DNA of 64,000 nucleotides from an uncultured delta proteobacterium (GTDB lineage: Bacteria; Desulfobacterota; Desulfomonilia; UBA1062), in assembly GCA_963752595.1 (NCBI GenBank), contig CAVVYZ010000014.1, positions 1-64,000 on the forward strand, in the 5' to 3' direction. Positions 1 to 9,456 of the stretch are shown piece after piece. The number at the start of each line of letters is the position of its first letter. Within the stretch, counting starts at the first letter, position 1. The notes below the pieces were generated by a model. It saw nothing but the letters and a program-made list of their open reading frames with translations, had not been told where the DNA came from and did no database searches. The position numbers and the translations under genes are program-made.

Positions 1-528
1 AGAAAGATATCCAGAGGCGGAAACGGTATATGGAGGAAAAAACATGCGCTCCATAAAGGGGAGTTCATTCGCAACCATGATGAGCTGGTAGTCGTGAACC
101 CATATATAGTCGTCTCCATCGAGTATTTCTGACCACTTCTTCAGCGAATTTCCGGTTGACCTTCTGGTAGACATCCCAATAGCACTGATCAAAGTTACAG
201 TGGCTGAAGAGATCATGGAAAAGCGGCCAGAGAATTTCATTGGAGAAACCTTGATAGTATCTGTCGATCTCCTCTTTGCACAAGTGGATATGATTGAGAG
301 AGTAGCCGGTCGTACAGGTGCCAGATGAAGAGATTTTCTAGAGTCTTTACTGGGGCAATCGCTCTCGGGCAGTCCGAGCCATCCGATCCACAACCCTCCG
401 CGGTGCCCAAATACAAGGGCTGTAACAAGGCCTCCCAGACCCGGCTGGATTTTCCATTCACGATGGCCTGTTCTGTTCAATACGATCGGCAGCCTGTTGG
501 AAACAACCACTAACCTTTTAGGCTTCAT
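1..528 (-). CDS. otsA: Trehalose-6-phosphate synthase (GT20), 5' part, runs off the window edge, frameshifted
   Basis: Start MKPKRLVVVSNRLP read from the sequence at 528; ORF 65..283 has YYQGFSNEILWPLFH and YQKVNRKFAE, typical OtsA motifs; pieces lie in different frames. Confidence 0.9.
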   Translation of the reverse strand, partial: MKPKRLVVVSNRLPIVLNRTGHREWKIQPGLGGLVTALVFGHRGGLWIGWLGLPESDCPSKDSRKSLHLAPVRPATLSIISTCAKRRSTDTIKVSPMKFSGRFSMISSATVTLISAIGMSTRRSTGNSLKKWSEILDGDDYIWVHDYQLIMVANELPFMERMFFPPYTVSASGYLS

Positions 529-1297
529 GACACCTTTCCCTGCTGCTTTTCAGCGGCAGGTAAAACATTCCTCCAAGAACCCCTTGACAGTATGGATATC
601 CGGCAATAAGCCCCTTGCAGCGGTAGGAATTTCCCTTTTCCCCCACGCGAATACCGATGCCCGACGAACGTATCCTCTGAAATGCGTCCTCATCAGTGCT
701 GTCATCGCCGATATACACGCAGAAAGTATCTTGCGGTTCGTCCCGAAGGAGCTCTTCAAGGGCATCCCCCTTATTCCAACCCTTGGCAAGGACTTCCACC
801 CCTCCCTGAAATTTCCTCACCTCCAGCGAGCATCTCGATGCAATCCTGCTCCATTCAAGAGCTAACTTCTTCGAGCCTGCCCGGCAGGAGCTCTTCTCCA
901 AGGCCTCTGGTGTGGAAGGCAATGCTCGCCGGTTTCTTACTACGATATGCATCTCAATTCCCATATCCGGGGATCATGCTGTTGTGGGCATACAGAGGCC
1001 CTCCTGCTGCCGAAATGAAATCTTTTTTATGAAGATCTGGCCGGTGGAGAAACGTCTCTCGAACCCGTGGCTCCCGATCATGATGCCTTTCCATGGCTTG
1101 AGCAATATCTCCAGCTCGTGCCGGGACAGCCTGATCTGACGGCAAGCGTAGTATCCTCCCGCAGCGATATCTTTTTTCATGAGATCGGGTATGCCTTTGA
1201 AAGAAGCGCCTCCATGCGGTGAACATGGAAAGGCGCTAACGTGCGTCATAATAAGGCAGGAAGCAGTTTGCTTTGCCGCAAAGATATCATATCCCAA
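518..1297 (-). CDS. otsB: Trehalose-6-phosphate phosphatase (HAD family), frameshifted
   Basis: ORF fragments with GSHGFE, NKGDAL and YIGDDSTDEDAF; damaged DYDGTLAPF-like motif near 1230-1250; next to otsA. Confidence 0.85.
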
Positions 1298-2568
1298 AAA
1301 GTGGGGAATGTGCCGTACATCCGGGGGATAACCCTTCAGGGCAGTTGGTCGTTAACTCAATCCTGTCATTGGCTTCATATACGATTGCTACCATAAGCGT
1401 CAGGTATTCCCTCAAGTTCCGTGTGATAAGGAAATTTTCCCGGACGAACTCCCGTGCCTTCTCTCCCATCTCTTTCAACTGCCTCCTTCGCTTGAGAATG
1501 TATCGAATGCGTAACGCGGTACCTTCAGGGGTATTAACCAGGAAGCCTGTATGATAGTTGATCACCTGGAGTCTGATCCCCCCGGTATCTCCTCCGATCA
1601 CCGGCTTGGCTTTCCACATCGCTTCGGTTACGGTAAGGCCAAAGCCCTCCTTGAGGGATTTTGTGGAGGACGATATCGGAAATGCGCTGGATGGCATTGA
1701 TGGTGAGATTATCGTCCGGAGGCGTGAGGACAATCAGGGTCTTCAGCCGCGCTTGACTGGGCCTCTTTGTATACCTCCTCTCCCCTCGGGGTCGTCTGTA
1801 GGGCTCCCCCTTGCCAGCACGAGCTCGATAGGAACGAATTCCTTCACCAGATTGTATGCATGGATACCCTGGGTGTATTTGAATCTGTCAAACCGGGATA
1901 TCTGTACTTACTAATCGGCCTGCCCGGGTCGAGCTTCCCGCAACCGTTCGTAGGTTTTATCCAACTCACAGTTCTTGTCGCTCAAGGGATCGATGCTCGG
2001 GGCCATGGATGTTGCATCTGGGATGCGGCAGCCTGGGTAAACTCCGAACAGACCAGACGCTGGCATTCATAAGCCTGGACAAAATTCCTTAAAAATTTCC
2101 ATACAGGACGGTAAGGATGGCTTGCATCGATATGGCATCGCCATATCCATTTTCCCTTTCTGGAGGGAATACTTTCTATCAGGGCTGCCGGCTGCGGGTC
2201 GTGGATAAAAAACGATACCCGCTTCTTCAAGACGATTCTTCAGTATGCCGAAATTCTGCCTGTTCATGATCTCATAATGGTAAAAGAGATTCCCGTATGT
2301 CGACACGCTTTCCCTGGAGGGCATTGTGCATATCCTTTGTACATTGAAAGAAATCGGCATCTCCGGAAACCTTCTCCCAGTGAACATCCAAACCCAACTC
2401 TTTCTTCAACAGGATGAGCCTTTGGATAATCTCGGCAACTCCACCCCCTGCCTTTGTGGAATTGATGTGAAGGACCTTTTTCCCGACAAGAAGCTTGGCC
2501 AGCTGCTTCAGCTGATCGATTACCTCCGATCCCACTACGTTTTCATACTGTTTTAATAATGCCGTCAT
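1287..2568 (-). CDS. treT: Trehalose synthase TreT-type GT4 glycosyltransferase, frameshifted
   Basis: Fragments HINSTKAGGGVAEI, IHDPQPAALI, WIWRCHID and EGFGLTVTEAMWKAKPVIGG across ORFs 2272..2568, 1982..2230 and 1287..1733. Confidence 0.85.
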
Positions 2569-2569
2569 C

Positions 2570-3219
2570 TCACACCCCAGGCTTAAGCATTCCGCTTGAA
2601 TAGTTTTACAAGCTCGTCTCTCAACTCCATTAGGGTAATGAAGTAAGGATCAATACTGGAAAGCTGTCCGATGAGCACATTGTACTCATTGCCGAAACTC
2701 GATAACCAATAGGTGAAATCATCTGTTCCCAAAGAGGTAGGCCTCCTGGCGTCTATGAAGTGATAGATATGCTGCCGAGAGACATATGGGGCATGTATGA
2801 ATACAGTTCTTCGGGTGAATCCAGTAGCTTGGTATCAAAGAGTACGATCTGGGAACGTACAAAATAGAAAGTGTTCAAGGCCTTGACCCACGGAAGATTG
2901 TCACTTTCATCCATCCGCTCTTCGATCGTATCGACGAGTCCTCCGCAGCATCTCCATATCGGCAAAATCAGTCGGATTAACCAGAGCCATACGCTCTGCA
3001 AGGGTTTTATCATGGATACTGTGGCGGACCCATATGGCAAAATCGTTCTGGTATTCGGGATCAACAAACCGCGGCCTCAACAACGCCCATAAATGGTAAT
3101 AGATTGAACTTTCAGGAACGATCTCGGGTCTTATCCCTCAACTCAACCAGGGTGTGGGCATTCTGGCCTGTGGCGATAGCTATCAGTGCACAATCTCGTA
3201 TGGAAAACGATCCACCCAT
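2570..3219 (-). CDS. DUF5752-like protein that usually accompanies TreT, frameshifted
   Basis: Start MGGSFSIRDCALIAIATG at 3219 after a GGAGA RBS; FYFVRSQIVLFDT and MSLGSI in ORF 2753..3067; position directly upstream of treT. Confidence 0.7.
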
Positions 3220-3381
3220 ACTGCTATCTCCTTTCCGAATCATCTTTGATTCTTGGTGCTAAGCCTTAAAACCTTTTAAGGATATCCATGGATGTTGAAT
3301 TGAATAAATCAATGAAAGGGGTCATTCTATTCAAAGAAAGAAGTAATCCACATGATTTAACAATATATTTATTGCCCTGAT

Positions 3382-3474
3382 TATCAAGGATGCAGCGCTT
3401 CGGATGGTCTCGTATCAAGGATTTTCGAACCTTGAGTTTACAGGCGCACTGCCTGTATTTATTATTTCAAGGAT
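3382..3474 (+). repeat. Three direct repeats T(A/T)TCAAGGAT plus a terminator-like hairpin in the divergent intergenic region
   Basis: TATCAAGGAT at 3382 and 3413, TTTCAAGGAT at 3465; hairpin TACAGGC-GCACT-GCCTGTA at 3439-3457 followed by TTTATTATTT. Confidence 0.6.
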
Positions 3475-3510
3475 GCCTTCTTTCGGGCAGAGAAATAATG
3501 GGGGTGTAAT

Positions 3511-4051
3511 ATGAAAAAAAGGGTATCATGGTAATGATAGGAATATTGTCGTTATGCTCGCCTTCGGCGGCATGGCGTATGCCCAGGATAAATCAGGACA
3601 GGGAATGCAGCAGCAGAAGCAGGTTCAGGGACAGTCACAGGGGAAGGGACAGATGCAGGCGCAGCAACTGGGCGCTAAAAAGCTAATATAAACACTGCAA
3701 CGGCTCAGGAGATCCAGCGGATACCCGGCTTGAACCAGAACCTGGCGCAGAATATCATAGACTACAGGACTGCAAACGGAGCGTATGGTTCAATCGATGC
3801 TTACCGGTAAGCGGCATCGAAAAGCAGAGTCTCGATACATTGCGCTCAATATCTCATGGTGAAATATGACCTGAATGCTGCAACGGCACAGGAACTCAAA
3901 GGAGGGTATCCACCAGGCATTGGCGCAGAATATCGTGCGGTACAGAGAGGCGAACGGTCCCGGCTCCGTTGACGATCTCAACAGGGTCTCCGGAATGAAT
4001 GATTTCAAAATAAATATGATTAAAAAGTATATCCAGGTAGGCAAAGAATAG
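3511..4051 (+). CDS. Exported ComEA-like protein, copy A, two HhH domains and a Gln-rich linker; frameshifted and absent from the ORF track
   Basis: Manual translation: MKKR start, signal peptide ending GGMAYA, QDKSGQGMQQQKQVQGQ, NINTATAQEIQRIPGLNQNLAQNIIDYRTANG, second domain LNAATAQEL...GIHQALAQNIVRYREANGP...SVDDLNRVSGMND, stop at 4049-4051. Confidence 0.8.
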
Positions 4052-4289
4052 TTACAGCCCTGGAATAAACCCCGCCTTCGGCAATTGGACACTCTCTTTA
4101 AGAGACCGAGACAGATTGGGTGAACTTTAATCAAACCCATTGCCTTTAATCAGGGAGGATTAAGGCCTAATGCAAAAATCATCGTTATAACCAAAAAATT
4201 CCGCACCAAGATGAGAGTTCCTTAAAGGGACCTCCCAGGCTATATCTGAGAATGCCTCAGGAAGGCAGACAAACTATGGAGGATAAACT

Positions 4290-4799
4290 ATGAAAAAATC
4301 TACATTATTGTCTATAGCAATCCTGGTCCTTATGCTTAGTCGGAGGTATATCATACCGGCAAAGGAAGCATGGACTTTTCTCCGACCAGCAGGGAACCAT
4401 GGGATCCGACCCGGGTATGAGCAGTGGAACCGGCGGGATGGGTCAGTCATCCGGCCAACAGGGACAGCCGGTATGCGCAGTCAAAGATCGATATCAACAC
4501 TGCATCGATAAAGGAACTGGAAAGCGTACCCGGCATGACCAGTTCTGGCAAAGGACATGTGAAATACAGGGATCAGAACGGGCCTTTCGCATCGGTTGAT
4601 GACCTGACGAAAGTCAAAGGCGTCGATAACAAAAAGCTCGACATGATAAGAAAATGTCACGATAGGCCAGCAAGGCATGGGCGGATCGAGCGGAACGGGC
4701 GGCACTGGCATGGGCACCGGCGGGACTGGTACTGACGGCATGGGTACCGGCGAATCCAGCGGGACTGGCGGCACCGGGACAGGCTCTTCGGGTTATTAG
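4290..4799 (+). CDS. Exported ComEA-like HhH protein, copy B, Gly/Ser/Thr/Met-rich flanks; frameshifted
   Basis: GGAGG RBS, MKKSTLLSIAILVLML signal; KIDINTASIKELESVPGMT...YRDQNGPFASVDDLTKVKGVDNKKLD; tail GMGGSSGTGGTGMGTGG...GSSGY stop. Confidence 0.8.
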
Positions 4800-4837
4800 G
4801 AGCTTTCGTATGCCTGACAGATGAGTATGTATAAGAG

Positions 4838-4864
4838 AATGCCGGTGTCCAACGCACCGGCATT
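4838..4864 (+). terminator. Hairpin after copy B
   Basis: AATGCCGGTG-TCCAACG-CACCGGCATT, 10-bp stem. Confidence 0.6.
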
Positions 4865-4958
4865 TCCATGCCTCTTAAAGGCACTGCGCTCTGTTATGCA
4901 TTTTGACTCATTCAATTACTGCCATCAGAGAATTGAAAACAGACAAAAAGGAGGATCA

Positions 4959-5434
4959 ATGAAAAAAATTACTATTATTATCGGGATAATCCTCGCTGTT
5001 ATGCTGACCCTGAGCGTTACATCCTGTGAAGAAGCAGGGCGCAGCAGGAACTGAAGCAGGAGCTCAGACCAGCACACAGCCGTCAGGACAAGGAGCAGGA
5101 TCGGAATCCCAGATGGGAATGGCACAGAGCACAATCAACATGAATACCGCATCGGCAACTGAACTGCAGCAGGTGCCCGGGATTGATCAGACCCTGGCTC
5201 AGAATATCGTGAGCTACAGAGACGCAAACGGTCCTTTCTCTTTGCAGATCTGAGCAAGGTCCAGGGCATGGACCAGCGGAAGCTCGATTCACTCAGGATT
5301 ACCTGACAGTCGGGAAGTCATCAGGTACGAGCGGATCCAGTGGCCCCAGCGGGACTGATATGAGGACAGACGGAAACGGATCCAGCGGTAGCGCCGGATC
5401 CAGCAGCGGAGGGTCAGGATCGTCCGGATATTAA
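4959..5434 (+). CDS. ComEA-like HhH protein, copy C, probable lipoprotein; frameshifted
   Basis: AGGAGG RBS, MKKITIIIGIILAVMLTLSVTSC (lipobox-like VTSC); TINMNTASATELQQVPGIDQTLAQNIVSYRDANGPFS; KVQGMDQRKLD; Ser/Gly tail ending GSSGY stop. Confidence 0.8.
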
Positions 5435-5467
5435 TACGAAAATTACCTTTTAGTACCGTGTATAACG

Positions 5468-5503
5468 AAGGTAATGCCCGTATATAAGTATCGGCATTAC
5501 CTT
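5468..5503 (+). terminator. Hairpin after copy C
   Basis: AAGGTAATGCC ... GGCATTACCTT inverted repeat. Confidence 0.55.
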
Positions 5504-5587
5504 TCAAGTCAAACAAATTTTTATGGAATGGTATTAGACACTGACGCAGAAACATTCTGTAAGGGCAGGCCAACAAGGAGGCAGAGC

Positions 5588-6154
5588 ATGAAAAAATTAA
5601 CTACCTAGCAGGAGTACTACTGTTAGCTGTGCTCATTTTGAGCGGAGCAGCATTGGGAAGGATACCAACGGGACAGGGTACAAGCAGTGACGGGACTGCA
5701 TCTCAGGATGCAGCAGGACAGGATCAAAATGCAACCCCTCAGGGCGTGAGCACTGACGGAACAGCAGGACAGGAGGAAAGCGGAGAAGCCGCAGGCCAGG
5801 ATGCAGCAGGACATGGAATAACCTCTGAAGATTCAGCCATAGGAGAGCACGGAGGCATTAACGGAGGAGATGCAGCACGTCAGACAACCGAGAACGCATA
5901 CGGTCAGGGAAAGGTCAACATAAACACAGCTTCGAAATCAGATTCATGTTGGTTCCGGGGATGACCAGAACTCTCGCCGACAACATCCTCCAGTATCGGA
6001 ATTCCAACGGGCCATTCAACACCGTTGACGATCTTGCCAATGTCCAGGGCATCGACCGGAAAAAGCTCGACAGATGGATATTACACGAAGATAAAAGGCC
6101 TGACGGATATTCAGCCTGACCTGATCCGGTCAGAGCAAAGCGCCCGTTCCCTGA
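5588..6154 (+). CDS. Exported ComEA-like HhH protein, copy D, acidic Gly/Ala/Gln-rich N-terminal region; frameshifted, 3' end uncertain
   Basis: AAGGAGG RBS, MKK start and hydrophobic signal; QDAAG repeats; GKVNINTASKSD...VPGMTRTLADNILQYRNSNGPFNTVDDLANVQGIDRKKLD. Confidence 0.75.
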
Positions 6155-6337
6155 CTATGCTCCGGGTTTTTCAGGCTCCCCCAATAAAATAGGAAGCCCG
6201 GATAACCGGGGAATGATGTCTTTTTAGGCTTTGCTGAGAAAGCAGAAGCCTCCTCTGCTGAATACGGTGCCTGTGATAATTCGGCGGCTTTTTATTATAA
6301 AGAAGCCTGAACAGGCATCCGGACAAGGAAGTGAACA

Positions 6338-6729
6338 ATGAAGAGGTTAACCATGATCACCGGAGTGATCCTCATGGCGATTCTCGTTCTTCGGCTTCGC
6401 ATCGTGCGGAAAAAGGAAGAAACCAAGGCGGAGGGAAAGGTCAATATCAATGCCGCAACAGCTCAGGAGCTTCAAAGGGTACCCGGGGTCGATCAGGCCC
6501 TGGCTCAAATATCGTAGCGTACAGGAACATGAACGGTCCTTATGTATCGGTCGAAGATCTCAACAGGGTCTCCGGAATGGATAAGGATAAATTCGACTCG
6601 ATGAGGAATTATATTACTGTCGAAGACAAATCAAGCTCCCGGCAGGGATCACCGCAAGGCTCAGCACAACAGAGTCCGTCAGGGTCTCAACCGAGTCAGG
6701 AACCAGGGCAGCAGGGGTCGTCACGATAG
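6338..6729 (+). CDS. Exported ComEA-like HhH protein, copy E, Ser/Gln-rich tail; frameshifted
   Basis: MKRLTMITGVILMAILVL signal; GKVNINAATAQELQRVPGVDQALAQ; NIVAYRNMNGPYVSVEDLNRVSGMDKDKFD; tail SSSRQGSPQGSAQQSPSGSQPSQEPGQQGSSR. Confidence 0.8.
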
Positions 6730-6773
6730 AGAATTATCGATCGCATATACCGGGACTGATACGCGCTTTGGCG

Positions 6774-6799
6774 ATGCAGGTATCATGTGACACCTGCAT
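6774..6799 (+). terminator. Hairpin after copy E
   Basis: ATGCAGGT-ATCATGTGAC-ACCTGCAT followed by TTCATT. Confidence 0.55.
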
Positions 6800-6833
6800 T
6801 TCATTATAAAAGGAAATTTTCTTAAGGGGGGGC

Positions 6834-6862
6834 TTGAATCATACCTTCCTCAAATTTATATT
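6834..6862 (+). promoter_or_regulatory. Sigma-70-type promoter candidate for copy F
   Basis: TTGAAT-17 bp-TATATT about 50 bp upstream of the start codon. Confidence 0.45.
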
Positions 6863-6912
6863 ATTAGACCATACAATGCCCTTAGGGGTAATAATCCATG
6901 AGGAGGTGAACA

Positions 6913-7250
6913 ATGAAAAGGTGTACCATTTTGGCAGGAGCGATCCTGATTGTCATGTTCTTTGGCAGTATAGCGTACGGACAGGGGAAACGGGACAGGG
7001 AAAGATCAATGTGAATACCGCAGCACTGGAAGAATTGCAGCTGCTGCCGGGAATCGGCGAGGCCACAGCAAAGAATATAATAGCTTACCGGAAAGCCAAC
7101 GGTGCCTTCAAATCCGTATCCGACATCACCAAAGTAAAAGGTATCGGCGAAAAGAAATTCAAGTCATTGCAAGGATACGTCAAGCTGGATGGAAAATCGG
7201 ACTTCGAGCCGGCAAAGCCTAGAGCTGAGCGCGGGAAGCCGGCCTCCTGA
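6913..7250 (+). CDS. comEA: Canonical ComEA/ComE DNA-binding protein (copy F); one indel after the signal peptide
   Basis: [32 protein letters not shown] signal; [53 protein letters not shown] with both GIG motifs intact. Confidence 0.88.
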
Positions 7251-7311
7251 CAATCATCCTGGCATAAGGAGAACGCTGGTCTTAAAAAGATAAACATTTG
7301 CCGAAGATGTG

Positions 7312-7343
7312 ATGCCGGTGTTTTTATTCCACCGGCATTTTTT
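7312..7343 (+). terminator. Intrinsic terminator between convergent comEA and cbpA
   Basis: ATGCCGGTG-TTTTTATTC-CACCGGCAT followed by TTTTT. Confidence 0.7.
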
Positions 7344-7356
7344 CAAAAATACCCTA

Positions 7357-8300
7357 TCACATCCCTTGCGGATTGAAGTTCGATACCTTCTTCAGCTCAG
7401 TGAACAATCTCTTTTGCTCATCAGTAAGCTCTTTGGGCATGACGATCTTGATCTGTGCAAAAAAATCCCCTTTACGGGCCAGGCCTCTGCCCTTGAGCCT
7501 GAGCCTCTGGCCTGAGGAAACACCCGGCGGAATTTTGAGACTGTATGTGCCGTCCGGCGTATGGATTTCTTTTGTGGCCCCAAGGGCTGCATCCCAGGGA
7601 GAAATGGGAAGATCGGCAACGATATCGTTGCCTTCCAGCTTGTACTTCCCATTGGATGAGAGCTTTATCCGAAGGTACAGGTCGCCTGAACCGCCCGGCC
7701 CGGGATTCCCTTGTCCTGTGAGGCGAATCTTCATCCCGTCATAGGCACCGGCGGGAATCTTTACATTCAGCCTTTTCCCGCTCCCATGCCCCTGGAGCCG
7801 GATCTCTCTGTTCGCTCCGGCATGCGCCTCTTCGAGGGATATACTCACTTCGTCTCCAGGTCGCCGCCTCTGGCTGCTTCCGGTCTCTGCCCTGCCTGGC
7901 CTCCCACCCCGAAATCTCCGAGAGACTCGAAGAAATCCGAGAATCCGCCTCCGCGTGCGGAGCCGGTACCGAAATCAAAGGAAAACGTATGTGATCTCCC
8001 GGACCTCGATCTTCCGGCGAATGGATTTTCGCCAAAGATATTCTCAAACCCCGGAGGCGGTCTGAACGACTGCCCTTCCTGCCAGTTGCTTCCCAATGCA
8101 TCATACCTCTGACGCTTCTCCGGGTCCTTGAGGACCTCATAGGCCTCATTGAGCCCCTTGAAACGGTTTTCCGCACTGGGATCATCCTTACAGGTATCAG
8201 GATGGCAATCTCGCGCAAGCTTCCTGTAGCGTTTTTTTATCTCTTCCTGGGTTGCGTTTCTCTCTATACCCAGGACTTTGTAATAATCCTTGTATTCCAA
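7357..8300 (-). CDS. cbpA: DnaJ-class co-chaperone / curved DNA-binding protein (J domain plus DnaJ_C, no zinc finger); one indel near 7848
   Basis: [14 protein letters not shown] motif, [19 protein letters not shown] region; C-terminal part IPAG...GDLYL...LKGRG in ORF 7357..7848. Confidence 0.9.
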
Positions 8301-8370
8301 GTGTATGTCCTCTTTATTTGTATCTAATCAATCCTTTAGATAGGATCCGGTACTTGGAAAATCAATAGCA

Positions 8371-9291
8371 TCAAAAGCGATGATCAAGCTGAGAGGCGAT
8401 TGCCGCAGGTATCCGGGTAAGTTCTGCAACCATGAACCCGGTATGACGAATGGCCTCCATGGCCTCGTCGAGATACTTCACGGCAACATCCTTGCTTTTC
8501 TTCAGAATCGGCGGGGTAATATGGGGGATAAGGTATTTTTGCCTTTCGACAGGGTCGACGAACCCTGCCGTATCTGCCAGGAGTTGAGGACTGTTCTGGA
8601 AGAGAAGAACAAGGGGCAGAGTCGATTTCCCTTCGAGGATATCGTTGAAGGGATCCTTGTTGTCGTCTTTGCTCGGGGTGAGGTTGATGATATCATCCAC
8701 GATCTGGAAACCCATGCCCACAGTCCTCCCGAAGGAGACCAGCGCGTCGAGGATATCCGGTGCGAGCCCGGCCAGTATCCCTGGAGCATAGGTGCAGAAT
8801 TCAAAAAGCGAAGCTGTCTTGAGATAAATGATATCGAGATAGACATCCATGTCATCATGGAACTCTTTGGCATACTGGAGTTCTTTGAGCTCCCCCTCCG
8901 CCATCTTTTTGATGGTCTGAGCCATTCCCGTCACGAGATCCAAGTGGCCCATCCTGCAGAGGGTCTCCATCGCCGAAGCCGTAATGAAATCTCCGGCAAG
9001 TAGTGCCGGTTTATCCCCGAAAACCTGGTTTGCAGTGGGTTTTGCACGCCGTATGGACGTACAGTCGACGACATCGTCGTGCAGAAGACTTGCCGTGTGC
9101 ATGAGCTCTACCGTATATGCCACGGGCATGACCTTCTCTTCGGGCAGGCCGATAGCCCTGCCGATAAGCGTTACCAGTTTGGGCCTAAGGCGCTTCCCGC
9201 CTGAATCGAGGATATACTCGCCGATCTCCGTGGTATACTGTGTAGAACTCTGAAAGATCTCTCTGAGGCCCTGTTCAAACGATCCGTCCAT
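8371..9291 (-). CDS. Trans-polyprenyl diphosphate synthase (IspB-like)
   Basis: GGKRLRP, LLHDDVVD..RR, LAGD, KTASLF, FQIVDD, EGK motifs; start taken at MDGSFEQ (ORF track extends to 9423). Confidence 0.9.
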   Translation of the reverse strand: MDGSFEQGLREIFQSSTQYTTEIGEYILDSGGKRLRPKLVTLIGRAIGLPEEKVMPVAYTVELMHTASLLHDDVVDCTSIRRAKPTANQVFGDKPALLAGDFITASAMETLCRMGHLDLVTGMAQTIKKMAEGELKELQYAKEFHDDMDVYLDIIYLKTASLFEFCTYAPGILAGLAPDILDALVSFGRTVGMGFQIVDDIINLTPSKDDNKDPFNDILEGKSTLPLVLLFQNSPQLLADTAGFVDPVERQKYLIPHITPPILKKSKDVAVKYLDEAMEAIRHTGFMVAELTRIPAAIASQLDHRF

Positions 9292-9456
9292 AGCCTGACC
9301 TATACCAAAGAGCACAGGCAATATCAACGCAAACATGGGCTTTCTCATTTGTATTTCCCATGTCTTACAATCCGTATGACGAGCTGATATTTTTCTTAGG
9401 ATCTGCCGATACTTATAAGACACCTATGCCTATATTATTGAACAGAGGAGAAGAGC

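Noticed and set aside
3260-6890. CCTT(A/T)AAGG-like palindromes upstream of several array genes
   Set aside because: Short, degenerate, at inconsistent distances from starts and also present elsewhere (about 47494 and 50732); not distinguishable from chance by eye.
3300-7350. CRISPR or integron cassette array
   Set aside because: No constant-length repeat-spacer pattern, no attC-type ends and no cas or integrase; the repeats are paralogous coding sequence and terminators.
9292-9423. N-terminal extension of the polyprenyl synthase in the ORF track
   Set aside because: It would fill the divergent promoter region and has no family resemblance; a later start is more likely.
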